Source of the DNA: Octopus vulgaris
Taxonomy: Eukaryota
DNA length: 64,000 nucleotides
Direction of reading: 5' to 3'
NCBI GenBank assembly: GCA_951406725.2
Contig: OX597815.1
Location: 56,482,001-56,546,000 of the forward strand
Below the pieces are notes generated by a model. The model ran no database searches and was not told the origin of the DNA. It saw only the letters and a list, made by a program, of their open reading frames with translations. Positions 48,431 through 60,759 of the stretch are shown here, piece after piece. The position numbers and the translations under genes were made by a program. How positions within the stretch are numbered: the first letter of the stretch is position 1; every line of letters begins with the position of its first letter.

Positions 48431-49712
48431 TGAGGGGTGTTCATTAAAGATCTCCCCCTGACTCACTTCTGGTTAGTGCAGGGAATGGAACTTGTACAGG
48501 TTTAATCATACATGTATCTTTATGTCGCATTGTAAATTTCAGCTTTCTACTAATATTTGTTTGTCTTTTATGGCTGCTGAAGTGGACTAAGGTATTACAA
48601 TGGAGGCAGTTGAATGCAGATCAGTGATCAGGTTCTTATACTTCAAAGATCATACATCAAAAGAGACTTTTGATGAGATGAAAGAAGTTTATGGTGACAA
48701 TGCACCATCAAATGAGGTTGCCAAGCACTGGCATCGCCAGTTCAAATGTGGTTGGATATTGGTGGAAACTGCACCTATTCCTGGACAACCACATTCCACC
48801 ATTGATGACGACACCATCCATAAAGTGGAAGCTGCATAACTATTCCGCAACTAGCCCAAGAAGTGTAGATAAGTGTAGGGTCTGTGGAAAAATCATTCAC
48901 AACCAACTGCACTTGCAGAAGTTATCTGCATGATGGCTTCCGCAGAGGGTCACACCTTTACAGAAGCAGGAACGAGTCAATTTCTCCCAGGCTCTTTTGG
49001 CAAGGTGCCAAGAAAATGAGGACTTTTTCAGCAGACTTATCATACAGGATGAAACATGGGTCCATCACTATGATCCTGAGACTAAAGCCCAGTTGAAGCA
49101 ATGGAAGCATGATAACTCACCACCTCCAAAGAAGCAATGGAAGCATGATAACTCACCATCCCTCAGCAGGCAAGGTGATGCTCACAGTCTTTTGGGACCA
49201 ACATGGAGTAGTGATGATGGTTTTTCCAGCAAAGGGCACCACAGTTAACAAGGAATATTATGCTTCTCTGCTGCAGAAATTGCACAATGCCATTAAAGCA
49301 GTGAGGCGTGGCATACCGACCAAAGGAGTTCGCCTCCTCCAAGGCAACACCCCAGTTCACAATGTACATGTTGCTCAGATAAAAGCACAATCCTGCGGCT
49401 ATGAAATCCTTCCTTATCCCCCTTACTCTCCCAGCCTCACACCATCTGACTTCCACCTCTTTCCAACCGTGCAGTCTTTTATGAAAGGGGAAGTACTTTT
49501 TTGGATGATGAACTTTTTTTTGAGGTAAAGTCTAGGTTCCAGTTGCAACCTACTGACTTCTACAGACAAGTTCTTCACAGCTGCATAAAGCAATAGGAGA
49601 AGTGTCACCATTAGTGGTGGCTATGTAGAGAAGGATTAATGATTATGCCAAGTTTCATATATCCCATTCCTTGAGAATTGTGTCAGGAGAAATCTTTAAT
49701 GAACACCCCTCG
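48431..49712 (+). mobile_element. Full-length mariner (DD34D, irritans-like), disabled transposase 48600-~49640
   Basis: TIRs tgaggggtgttcattaaagat / atctttaatgaacacccctcg with TA on both sides; MEAVECRSVIRFL, QDETWVHHYDPETK, PSAGKVMLTVFWD, PPYSPSLTPSDFHLF; 1282 bp. Confidence 0.95.
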
Positions 49713-49799
49713 TAGATTATCTGTTAATTTGTGACCTTCATGACATCTTTATCTTGAATATATTTATAAGTGTCTCAACAAATTATTTATATTTTTCAG

Positions 49800-49898
49800 G
49801 CATATGGAACACCTTTAAAGTTAGGCCGAGTATTAAATGTAAAAGAAATTTGGCATCTTGTACAAGAGGAAGTAGAGAAAAAATATTTAAGTGATAAA
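49800..49898 (+). CDS. Candidate 99-nt internal host exon (phase 0-0), product unassigned
   Basis: atttttcag acceptor (AG 49798-49799), gtaaga donor (49899), open frame AYGTPLKLGRVLNVKEIWHLVQEEVEKKYLSDK; non-repetitive sequence between TEs. Confidence 0.55.
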
Positions 49899-49916
49899 GT
49901 AAGAAATTATTTTTGT

Positions 49917-49967
<51 letters not shown>

Positions 49968-49970
<3 letters not shown>

Positions 49971-51105
49971 CATCATTTAATATCTGATTTTCATGCTGGC
50001 ATGGGTCGGAGGATTTGATGAGTTGGCAAGCCAGAGTTTGACTGTGCCAAGCTTTATTTTGTTTTGGCATGGTTTGAATGCCCTTTTTAATGCCAACCAC
50101 TTTACAGAGTGTATTGGGTGCGTTTTTCATGCCACTAGCACCAGGTGGGATGTTGAGGGGAAGTTTCATAAGAATTTGAAGATGGTTGAACAGGATAAAG
50201 GTGACTGTAGTAATTGAAAGTGAGTGTTATAGAAGTGACTCAGAAGAGGTTACTTTAGGTATGTGAGCGTTTTGGGAGTGATAGTAAATAAAATATATTT
50301 TAAAGATGAAGTTTATCAGAGAGAAAGAAGTGATGAACATGAAGGAAAGAGATGTGAGGGAAAGCTTGACAGGGCAGTGAGAATGTAGGTGGAACAGATC
50401 TCTACATGTACACACATTTATCAAGGTGGTTTTAAGATACCAATTCTCTTGTGGTGGACAGGTCTTCTCAAGCACAGCAAAGCACCAGATATCTCAGTCC
50501 TTTATCATTTTCTCCATATGGCTCAGCATCTTGAGATTGGCCTCAATACTTTGTCCCATGTCTTCCTGGGTTTCCCTCCCCAACAAGTTGTATCCACTTT
50601 AAGAGATCGGCATTTCTTTATGCAACAGTTCTCATCCATACACAACACATGACTGAACCAGCACAGTCTTCTCTCTTGCACACAGCATCTAGGGCCTCTT
50701 ATGCCTAACTTTCCTTTTAATACACTTGCACTCTGTCATACTTGTACACTGACATTGCACATCCAATGGAGAATACCAGCTTCATTCCTCTCTAGTCTTC
50801 ACATGTGTTCTGTATTTAAGGCCCCCATCGTACTACCATGTAGCATTGCTGAATTTACACAAGCTTTTGATTGCCAAAAGAGGTAACAATTCTCTGAATT
50901 TTTCTCATTTTATTCTTATTCTAGCAATTACGCTTTCAGAACAGTCTCTTCTACTGCTAATTAGGTTACCTAGATAACAAAAATTATGTATAACATCTAG
51001 AGAGCCTCTTGGGCATTTGAAAAAATCAATTTCCTGTGTATCTGTAGACTTTATTGGTTCTGTGCATCTTCCACACACAAACACTACTTTCTCTGTTACA
51101 GACAC
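49968..51105 (-). mobile_element. Decayed RTE 3' portion
   Basis: catcat tail, 3' UTR motifs, PRKTWD, FVCGRC..FCYLG..ESVIARIRI. Confidence 0.8.
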
Positions 51106-51627
51106 ACACACAGATATAAGGGCTGGCATTAAACATTGGCATTGAGAGTTATACAAGTTCCTGAATAGGACACCAGTGCACTGTTCTAAAGGTCCTGCCC
51201 ATCTTGTCTAGAGTAAAGACCAAGTACTGCAACAGCTTGTAATGCAAAGGCTCACACCTGTTTATCTTGCTTAAAAACCCTGAGAGATCTACATGTAGTG
51301 GGAGTAAATATTTTCAAGAAGTGATTACATAAACAAAAGCATATATATATATATATATAATGCATTAAAAGTGAAGTTCAATCTTTCTTGCTTGCAATGT
51401 TACACAGCACAACTGGTGCATAATGGGAAAATACTTGAAAAGGAAAGTGCCCCTGAAATGTGAATACAAATGAAATCAAACAAGTTTTGCATAAATTGGA
51501 CCAGTAGTTATTGAGATATTCAAAGTTTTGGGGTATAAATACTCAAAACAGTGCATAATGGGAAAATATTCTGAAAATAACTTAACCCTAAAAGGGAAGA
51601 AACTCTAATTTTTCCATTAGACACATT

Positions 51628-52757
51628 CATCATCATCATCATCATCATCATCGTTTAACGTCCGTTTTCCGTGCTAGCACGGGTTAGATGGTTCGACTGG
51701 GGTCTGGGAAGCCAGGAGGCTGCACCAGGCTCCATTCTGATCTGGCAGTGTTTCTACAGCTGAATGCCCTTCCTGACGCCAACCACTCCATGAGTGTAGT
51801 GGGTGCTTTTTACGTGCCACCGGCACAGGTGCCAGGGGAGTCTGGCAGCAGCCATGATCGGTTGGTGCTTTTTACGTACCACCGGCATAGAAGCCAGTCA
51901 AGGCGGCGCTGGCATTGGCCATGTCCGGATGGTGCTTCTTATGTGCCACCGGCACAGAAGCCAGTCAAGGCGGTGCTGGCATCGGCCACGTTCAGATGGT
52001 GCTTTTTACGTGCCACCGGCACAGAAGCCAGTTAAGGCGGTGCTGGCATCGGCCACATTTGGATGGCGCTTTTTACGTGCCACCAGCATGGCACAGGTAT
52101 CACAACTACTATTTCCATTGATATTTATTTCGATGTTCATGTACTTGACTCAATAGGTCTCCTCAAGCACAGCGGGTTGTTCTGAAATCCAAGGTACTTT
52201 GAATGGGCTGGGACTATGCAGAACTGGTGCAGGAAGCAGCCCGGGTCTTTGCAGTCACAGCATATCTCCAGAGATCTCAGTCCATCATAATTGCCTCTGT
52301 GAGGCCCAATGCTCTGAGGTCATGCTTGACTACCTCATCCCATGTCTTCCTGGGTCTACCTCTCCCCCTGATACGTTCAACTGTTTGGGAGCAGCACTTT
52401 ATCACACATCTCTCCTCATCCATCCGCAGTACATGACCATACCATCGTAAGCATCGCTCTTGTACACCACATCTGATGCTTCTTATGTCCAGCATTTCTC
52501 TCAGAGTGCTTAAACTCTGTCGTGCATGCACACTGACATTACACATCCAGCGGATCATGTTAGCTTCATTTCTTTCAAGTCTACGCATATCCTCTGCAGT
52601 CACAGCCCATGTTTCACTACCGTGAAGCATGGCAGTTCGCACACATGCATCATACAATCTACCTTTCACTCTGAACGAGAGATCCTTTGTTGCCAGTAGG
52701 GGTAGGAGCTTTCTAAACTTTGCCCAGGCTATTCGTATTCTAGTGGTGACACTCTCT
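51628..52757 (-). mobile_element. Young 5'-truncated RTE 3' end
   Basis: (CAT)n 51628-51651; tandem 3' UTR units; ORF 52669-52277 KGRLYDACVRTAMLHGSETW..RGRPRKTW. Confidence 0.95.
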
Positions 52758-53199
52758 TTAATTTCTCCTTAGCCCTCATGTCACACAGTTGTTAATGTTT
52801 ATTTCAGCTGGGTCATGCCCTTCCAATTGCTATAGATTCGTAATGCATCTTACAGCTGTGCTTGTCACCTGGATGGTGAGGTATCCTTCATTGGGAGTGG
52901 TAACGACTAGGTTAGGATAATTGACTGCTTATTGTGATCATTCATCTTTTGGTTTCCTGTAGCTTTGCTCTCGTTTACAAACCCAGTGAACACATATTTC
53001 CTATTTCAAAGAAATTCAAACAATAGATATAAGACCCAAGTTAAAAAGATTCTCAACAATTCAACTTCTCTGGTTGACATTAAGATGCCCACCCCCAACA
53101 GGGGCCTTAACTCTCACATTTTAGAGCTCCATGACCTTCATTTTTCAGGAGCAAAATCTTTTTAACAGGTTCAATAAGACTGGAATTTTGGAATATGTG

Positions 53200-53381
53200 C
53201 ATAAAAATCAGTATTATGGGATACATGTGGCACAACTACAATTTTTTTAGGGTGTGTAAAGAGGGAAATAACCTCATTTGCAATTTTGATGAAATTCGAA
53301 ACATTGATATTCCAGTTCATTACAGAAAATATAACAGAGAAGTCTAATTCTTCAATTGAATGTAACCGGGTATCTCTGCTA

Positions 53382-53382
<1 letters not shown>
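53200..53382 (+). mobile_element. Possible Helitron 3' end
   Basis: ccgggtatctctgCTAG followed by T, resembling the 3' end of the Helitron at 26555; hairpin decayed. Confidence 0.35.
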
Positions 53383-53422
<40 letters not shown>

Positions 53423-55340
53423 GGCAAATTTGTTGTTGAAAATGCACCTAATTGTTTTGAAATAAATTTATTTACATATATATCAAAATAGTTTCAACAA
53501 TATTTTTTGTTTATCAATAGTTAAAATTTAGAATTATGAATTAGAAAAACATGTTTAACAGTTTCAATGTTGACAAGTTTAAATGTTCATAACAGTCAAT
53601 AATATTAAAACTTTTGTTTAAATGTACAAAATTCAATATAATTCAATGAATTTTGTAGTGGTTGATAAGAAATGAATATCATCAAAGTTTCAGTCATACT
53701 GGATAAAAACAAGGGAGAAATGAAGATAGTAAAAAAAGGGATTTGGTTTACAGTTTCTGTGATTCTCTTTCCGCTGTGTGCGGGAACTTTCACTTGAAAC
53801 AGTGTTTTTTGGAATCCAGTGTATTTATAATTTTTTTTCCATGAATAGATCTGATTTTTCATTTGTTAAAGTATTGGTGACATCTTGTTTTTCTGGTGGT
53901 CAAGTTTGTTGTTCTGCAGCTTGCCTGTGGAGAGCAGTCATCAGCTGTTCCAGTTGGTTGATTCTCTTAAAGGGTCATTTTGTTGAATTTGCTGAAATTT
54001 GGTTTTGATCAGAAGTAAAATTTCATTGGTCTAGAGTTAGGTGACGTCAGTAACTGGTGTTTATATGGTGGTATTGTATGGTGATTTGGAGTTGCAGTTT
54101 TGAAACTTGGGTGGAAGACTGTTACTAGAGTTTTTAAAAATTGTCTGTTGTACCTGATTGTTTTTTGTGGAGAAATTGAGTCTTTTTCCTTTTTCTTTTT
54201 AGTGTTTTTTCTTCTTTCTAAAGGATACTCAGCTGTGGGTTATATTTTTTAATGAGTATGCTTTCCTTATATAAATGTAATTGGGTTGTATATCATCCTC
54301 TTATAGGGATAGTTTTATCCAAGATACCCTGGTTTAATATATTATATTTTGAAGAGATATTTCTTCAATAAATATATTATAAAACATCAAATATTATTAA
54401 TAAGTTTAAAAATGGAGTGATTCGGTGGATATAAATTAATTAACATTGCCAACAATTTTTTCACTTCGCACCCAATTTAAATAACAAGACATATATAATA
54501 ATATAAGTTTGCATTTTGAGTACTTTAGGTGGAAGATCTTCAGAGCAAGATGGACATTATAGAGCTTACTTTTTGATAAGTTGAAATACTCCGACAGATT
54601 AAGCAGATGAAAGCATGTTTGTGTGTACACATGCATTAATATTTTTATTTAAATACAATAATGATAATAATAATAAAAAAATATACTAATAAGAAAAATA
54701 AAAATGAAATAAAAGAGTTTTTTTTACAAAACATGGATGTCCATGGTCGATTTTGGTTTATGTGTGAGTGTATGTTCGTGTGTTTATATGTGTGCTCATA
54801 TGTGTATATATGTATGCTTATTGCCTAAGTTAATTTATGTATGTGTGTATGTGTGTCGGCATAAAGTTATTTAATACAAGTATGGACATCACCATTTATG
54901 CATAAGTGTGTGTGTGTTTATAGATCCTTACTGCTTAAGTTGCTTTATTAGTGCATAAGTATGTATGTATATTAGTAAAAGGTTGTCAAATATTCCTATA
55001 ACTATATATACATTTATAGGTATGGATAATCATAGTCCATTTCAGTTTGTGTATGATTGTTTATGTGTGTGTGAGTATAGATGTTTACTGTCTAAGTTGA
55101 TTTATGTGTGTATAAGTGTGTATGTATGTTAGTAACATGTTATGAAGTTAAATCAGTTTGTTAATGTACATATATATTCCCTTATATGCTTGTTTCTAAT
55201 TCATGAAAAAGTCAGTCATAATTATTATATGAAACAGTAAGATAATTAGTAAAGTAATTATATTTGTATTTAGTTATTGATTCATATTTTCTTGTATATA
55301 TATATATAAATTGTAGCATGTATGTGTATAGTAACTAACG

Positions 55341-55802
55341 CATACATATCCACAATTCTCAACTAATTTTCAGCAAACTTTACACACATTACTTATGTCC
55401 TGAGGATGGTCATGCACTATAACATTTTGCCCAGACCTCCCGCAAATGGACATAGTTTTTTGTATGTAAGGTCTTCCATACTCTTTTAATCTTTTTATAA
55501 AAGTGAAAGGATTTTATATATTTATTTCAATTGTCCACCAGTGACAGGGATTAAATTGACTATGAACACTGAACACATACATTTCCACAATTCTCAACCA
55601 ATTTTTACCAAATTATACATACTATGTCCCAAGGATGGTCATACACTATAACATTTTGCCCAGAGCTTCTGTGTAAATAGACATAGTTTTTTGCATGTAG
55701 GGTCTTCCATACATTTTAAATCTTTTCATAAAAGTGAAAGGATTTTGTCAATTTATTTTGGCTGTCCACCTGCAACGTTTATTAAATTGTTGAGAAACAC
55801 TG
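55341..55802 (+). repeat. Two-unit ~235-bp tandem repeat
   Basis: catacat.tccacaattctcaac..ggatggtcat.cactataacattttgcccaga..aaagtgaa.ggatttt..attaaattg occurs twice. Confidence 0.85.
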
Positions 55803-56621
55803 TATGTGATGAATATCCAATACCAAACAATCTTAATCTCCATATTTAAACTACATTTAACTTTGGCAAATGTACCTATTTTTACCTATTTTGAGTTACT
55901 TGAAAGGTGATGTTCCCTTCCCTGTCTTGTATTTGTTGATACCTTTGTTTACCTACCCATCCATTTCAACTGTTGTCCTTTGTTTCAAATACATTTTACC
56001 ATTGTTGTTCTATCCTTCTTTAAACAATCACTTATGATTCGTCCCAAAGAATCAACATTTAAATAAGAGTTTTGGGTAGAGTTATGATGTAAGCATGTGC
56101 TAAAAATCCTCATAACTTCTTTATTTTTTAAAAAATGTTTACAAAAGTTTTTTGATTATGTCTTCTGCATAATGTAATTAATATGATTATGCAAAAAAAT
56201 TTTTCTTTTTAAATCCCCTCCTCCAATAATTAAAAAAAAAATTTGGGGTTTAAAATACAGACAGTCCAAATCCACCATTCATTTCTCTTTATAATTTCCA
56301 AACAATTTTTTAATACTTTTATGGAAAAAAAGTCAATTGTCAGTCTTCACACTTTTTCACATAATCCTGGATTTTTTATGTGAAATGCCAGTGACATCCT
56401 GCATGTCCTTCAACAATATTAGCAGACAGACAGCCATACAGAGGTACAGCATATAGTCCAAGTAGACGAAAGCCTTCCTTTTAATAGGAAAAATGAAGTT
56501 TGAAGAGTGGTGAAGAAGTTTTGGATACCTATAATCATCATTACAAACAGTGTACCCAATTTTTTACGTGTGTATGTGCATGTATAAAGAGATAATTAAA
56601 ATAATACGTATACACCCACTC

Positions 56622-56652
<31 letters not shown>

Positions 56653-57094
56653 ACAAAGCCTAATGGTATGAATTTTCTAAAACTCCTTTAGGGACAAACA
56701 GTTTTAACAAGGAATTCCAATTTAATCAGAATCTACACAATCTGAAGGATATTTGTAGAAAATTTCATTAAGAACATATTAGAATGATAGAATAAAAGTC
56801 AGTTATAATAAGAGGTCTCCCAAAAATCCATTTCCTTAATTTTAACTACTGTTCTGGCACACATATTTATGCAATTTTGATTTTGAAGTATTTAAAAAAC
56901 TTTTGGGAAATTATAAAAAGAAACAAATGGTAAATTTGGACTGTCTGTATTTTAAAACCACGAATTTAAAAAAAAAAATGGTGGTGTAGGAATTAAAAAA
57001 GAAAAAATTTTTTTTTCCATCATCATATCAATTCCATTATGCACAAGACAATAAAAAAATTGTGTAAAAATTCGTAAAAATAAAAAAGTTATGA

Positions 57095-59181
57095 GGTGCA
57101 GGAGTGGCGGTGAGGTAAGTAACTTGCTTATGAACCACATGGTTCCAGGTTCAGTCCACTACATGGCACCTTCGGCAAGTGTCTTCTACTATAGCCTCAG
57201 GCTAATCAAAGCCTTGTGAGTGGATTTGGTAGACAGAAACTGAAAGAAGCCTGTCGTATATATGTATATATAAATGGATGCATGCGTTATGTCATGTAAT
57301 AACAAATTAATATATAAAACATATGCATATATACATACATATATGTACGTACCTACATCTACATGTATATATACATGCATATATGGGTACAGGACACCAA
57401 AAAAACGTCGAACACAATGAGAAACGAAAACATAAACACAGATGTAGGTACGTACATATATGTATGTATATATGCATATGTTTTATTTATTAATTTGTTA
57501 TTACATGACAGAAAGCATGCATCCATTTCTAAGTAAGTTTGTTCTTAATATTAATATTGATGCGCACTCTTAACCTTTCTGTCCCCCTCCCTTTCACAGC
57601 CTTCCTTCTTTCTGGTTTCTTTTTCTTCTACCTTACGATCTCTCCCTCCCTCTCTCTCATTCTTCATTCTTTCTGGTTTTCTCTACAACCATTCCTCGTT
57701 TTTCTCTCTCCTTCCCTTTCTCCTACTCCTCCTCCCTTGTCCCGTCGCTGGTCAGCGATGAGGAAACTACTGTCTTTTCTGACCTTGCTTCCCCTGAGTG
57801 TAGATGGCATTTTCTGTGGCTCCTTCACCGTTCTCAAAAATAGTGTTCATAATATTTTATCTCGTTTGGCTTAACAGCCCTTCTTGTCTGTGTTACTGTT
57901 ATTCTCCTTGTCCTGTCTTTTACTGTTTATATTTTGTACTGTCTTTACTGTCCTGTTTTTGTTACCATTTTTACCCCTCCGCAAAAAAATCTCAAATTTT
58001 ATTTAATTTGTTTTTCGTGGGAAGGAACGTTTCACCAAAGTTGCATCTCGCCTTCACCTTCGAAACACGAGTAGATGAAACCATGGCGACTGAAGAAGGG
58101 AAATTTTCCTTGTGTTGTATGTCCTGTACTCTATTTTTTCGTTGTTTAAGAAAAATGTCCAGTTCCTTGGTTTTGTGTTTATGTTTTTGTTTCTCATTTA
58201 TATATATATATATATATATATAGGGAGAGTTCATGAAAAAAACAAAAGACGAAGACAGGTGGTGTACAAAACAAACAGATGTATTAGTATAACACTCAAG
58301 AATAGAAAAATTCTTTTACATTTCAAGCCTATGCTCTTCTACAGAAAGGTATACAGAAAAAAACAAGGAGAGAAAAAATATGTGTGTAGTGGCTACCGAT
58401 CTATCATGGCGACTGCCAGACAGAAGGGTCACACATGAGAGTGAAGCAGTAGGGGAGATAACAAAGTAAAGAGGACCCCCAACACGAAGGTGCGTGTGTG
58501 TATAAGAGAGTACATATGCGCATGTGAAAGACGGCTGGTGGTCTTGACATGTGTGTGTATGTATGTGTAGGTGTGAAAATGTGGGGATGGGAATTGGTCA
58601 GTGCTGGTGTGTGGGTGGTGTGATGTGATGTGTAATGTGGTATGGTGTAGTGTGGTGTGGTGTGATGTTGTTGGGAGGTGGAGGAGGCAAGAGTGGGGAA
58701 AGCACGGGTGGGGTGTGGGTTCAGCTGAGGGTTGGGGTATGTGGGTAGGCAGAGGGTGGGAGTAGGGTTTGTGGGTTGGCAGAGGGTGGGGTATGTGGGA
58801 AAGGGTGTAAGGGATAGGATGGGGAGGGTTGACGATGAAGGGGAAGGGGAAGGTGGGTATGTGAGAAGAGAGAGGGAGAGTAAGAGAGAACGAGAGAGTG
58901 AAAGAGTAAGAGAGAGAGTGAGAGAGAAGAGAGAAAGGGAGTAGGGGTGAAGAGAAGAAGGGCAAGAGAGGAGTTTGTATGTCTGTGTTTGTCCCCCCAA
59001 CATCACTTGACAACCGATGGTGGTGTGTTTATATCCCTGTAACTTAGTGGTTCCGCAAAAGAGACTGATAGAATAAGTACTAGGCTTACAAAGAATAAGT
59101 TCTGGGGGCGATTTGCTCATCTAAAGGTGGTGCTCCAGCATGGCTGCAGTCAAATGATTGAAACAAGTAAAAGAGTAAAGA
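57095..59181 (+). mobile_element. tRNA/CORE-type SINE split in its central microsatellite (head 57095-57260, tail 58975-59181)
   Basis: Head ggagtggcggtgaggtaagtaacttgc..ggttcagtcc..ggcaagtgtctt; tail ggtggtgctccagcatggctgcagtcaaatgattgaaacaagtaaaag. Confidence 0.88.
57277..58975. mobile_element. Probable Penelope-derived terminal-repeat fragments inserted in (TA)n
   Basis: Inverted repeat 57277-57360 / 57440-57525; spacer inverted relative to 58175-58197; degenerate hammerhead-like motif on the minus strand at 58313-58349; GT/GA-rich low-complexity tract. Confidence 0.45.
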
Positions 59182-60494
59182 GAGGAGTTTTAGTATGTGC
59201 TTACACCATAACTCTGCCGAGTTTTGCTTCCACTAGTGAAAGCTATACATATCTTTCAGAAAGCTCCATACCAATTTAACTTTATGCAGCATTCGCTGTT
59301 AGTTTATGCACAGGTGATGTAGAAAGACAGAATAAAGGGGCTTCTATTTGCTTATCTCACCAAAAAAATAGCTCCCTTTGCTGTTGATTAAAATAAGCCT
59401 GCAAAGAGGAAGTTTCAACATCTTCCTTCAATTTCCTTACACCATTTATGTGGCTGTTTCTGACAAGAAATTTCGTTTCCATGTAAAACAACTATATTTT
59501 GTAGTCATTATTCATAATCTACTCCCCTCTACTTTGCATCACTTGCAAACTTATATGTTCTGTGACCGCCAAGATATAAAATATTTGGTAAATTCATTCT
59601 GCCAATGAAATAGCAGCAGAATCAGTATAAATATTTTGGCTCTATGGAGTTGGGACTATGTTTAATCAGTCAAATTGTCCTTTATGCTCGAAGTTCATGC
59701 AGTCATCTGACAAAAACAGTTCCTTTGCAATGATGTAATGTTTTCATTAATCAATTGAGTTGCTCGAAATGGCCATAATGAAATGGCACCTGTACCTTGA
59801 TGTTACTTATTTATATTCTATTCACCTATCCCAGAATTTTAATATTTTATATTAAAATACATGTCTGAAATACATGTCTGAATAGCCAAGAGCAGATCTC
59901 TTCACTCAGCTGGGTTGTATTATCTGCATACACAACAAGAATTATGAAGAAAAGAGAGGATGAAACTGATAAACTGTCAACAGTCTGTCTACCCTTTGTG
60001 AAAGGCCTCTCCAAAAAGATACGAAAGATATGCTGCCCATATGACACCAGGACAGTATTCAAGAGTAATACAACACTTTGCAAATATCTCCTTTGGGTAA
60101 AACCACTAATAGAAGAGAATATGACCGAAAACTGTGTGTACTCCATCCCATGCAGCTGTGGTAGGTTATACAAAGGCGAAACATGCCGCCCCCTCAAAAT
60201 AAGGGTAGAGGAACATCGCAAAGCTGTGACAGGAGGAGATATTGATAAATCGGGTATAGCTGATCATGTATGGAAAAATGGAGACCACCTCCCCCTGTGG
60301 GATGAAGTTAAAATAATAGACTGAGAACACCACTGGAAAATACAAAAACTAAAAGAAGCAGCACATATGCTAGGACACAACAACCTCCTAATCAGACTGA
60401 GTGTAGACATGAATAGCATATGGAAACCGGTATTAAGGAAGTAGAGGAAAATATTAGATTTATAAGCCCTAAAATTCACTCCATAATTGCCCAT

Positions 60495-60567
60495 GGGCAT
60501 ATGGTGTAGTGGTTAAGAGTGTGGGCTACTAACTCCAAGATTCCAAGTTAGATTCCAGGCAGTGACC
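60495..60567 (+). other. tRNA-derived Pol III head (not a functional tRNA)
   Basis: A-box tggtgtagtgg (60502-60512), B-box-like gttagattc (60547-60555), anticodon-like loop ctactaa; stems decayed; followed by (AAT)n. Confidence 0.7.
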
Positions 60568-60638
60568 TGAATAATAATAATAATAATAACATCGAAAAAT
60601 ACCTTAGGAATGAGAACCCAGATTCGAAATTTCCCCAA

Positions 60639-60681
60639 AACACCTGATGAACGCTGGAGGGTATATCAGCTGAAACGTGTT
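60639..60681 (+). ncRNA. Type I hammerhead ribozyme-like motif, probably inactive
   Basis: aacac CTGATGA ac gctgg agggtata tcagc t GAAA c gtgtt: core, stem II and stem I present; stem III and NUH triplet missing. Confidence 0.65.
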
Positions 60682-60759
60682 AACAACAAACAAGATGAGG
60701 ACAAATATCTGTCAAATGTAAATAATGTACAGAATTCCTCATCTCTTAAATATAGAACT

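Larger units (their letters stand above)
56075..59218 (+). mobile_element. Internally deleted Merlin-type DNA transposon with long TIRs, right TIR interrupted by nested insertions
   Basis: Perfect 8-bp TSD gagttttg (56067-56074; 59219-59226); GG..CC termini; ~240-bp TIRs (56075-56318 vs 56886-57096 + 59182-59218); HIVQVDESL motif at 56450. Confidence 0.8.

Noticed and set aside
49800-49898. Resemblance of GRVLNVKEIW to ATG10 (GRPLTLKDIW)
   Set aside because: The preceding residues do not match and no other ATG10-like exons were seen; too short to name.
53605-53862. KVPAHSG motif resembling an RNase H C-terminus
   Set aside because: No following GNE.AD and no upstream catalytic residues; likely chance.
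58404-59120. 238-aa and 194-aa Pro/His/Ser-rich ORFs
   Set aside because: Low-complexity GT/GA tracts plus SINE tail.
60495-60567. Functional tRNA-Ser gene
   Set aside because: Acceptor and T stems do not pair well, the B-box is mutated, there is no long variable arm and it is embedded in a TE.
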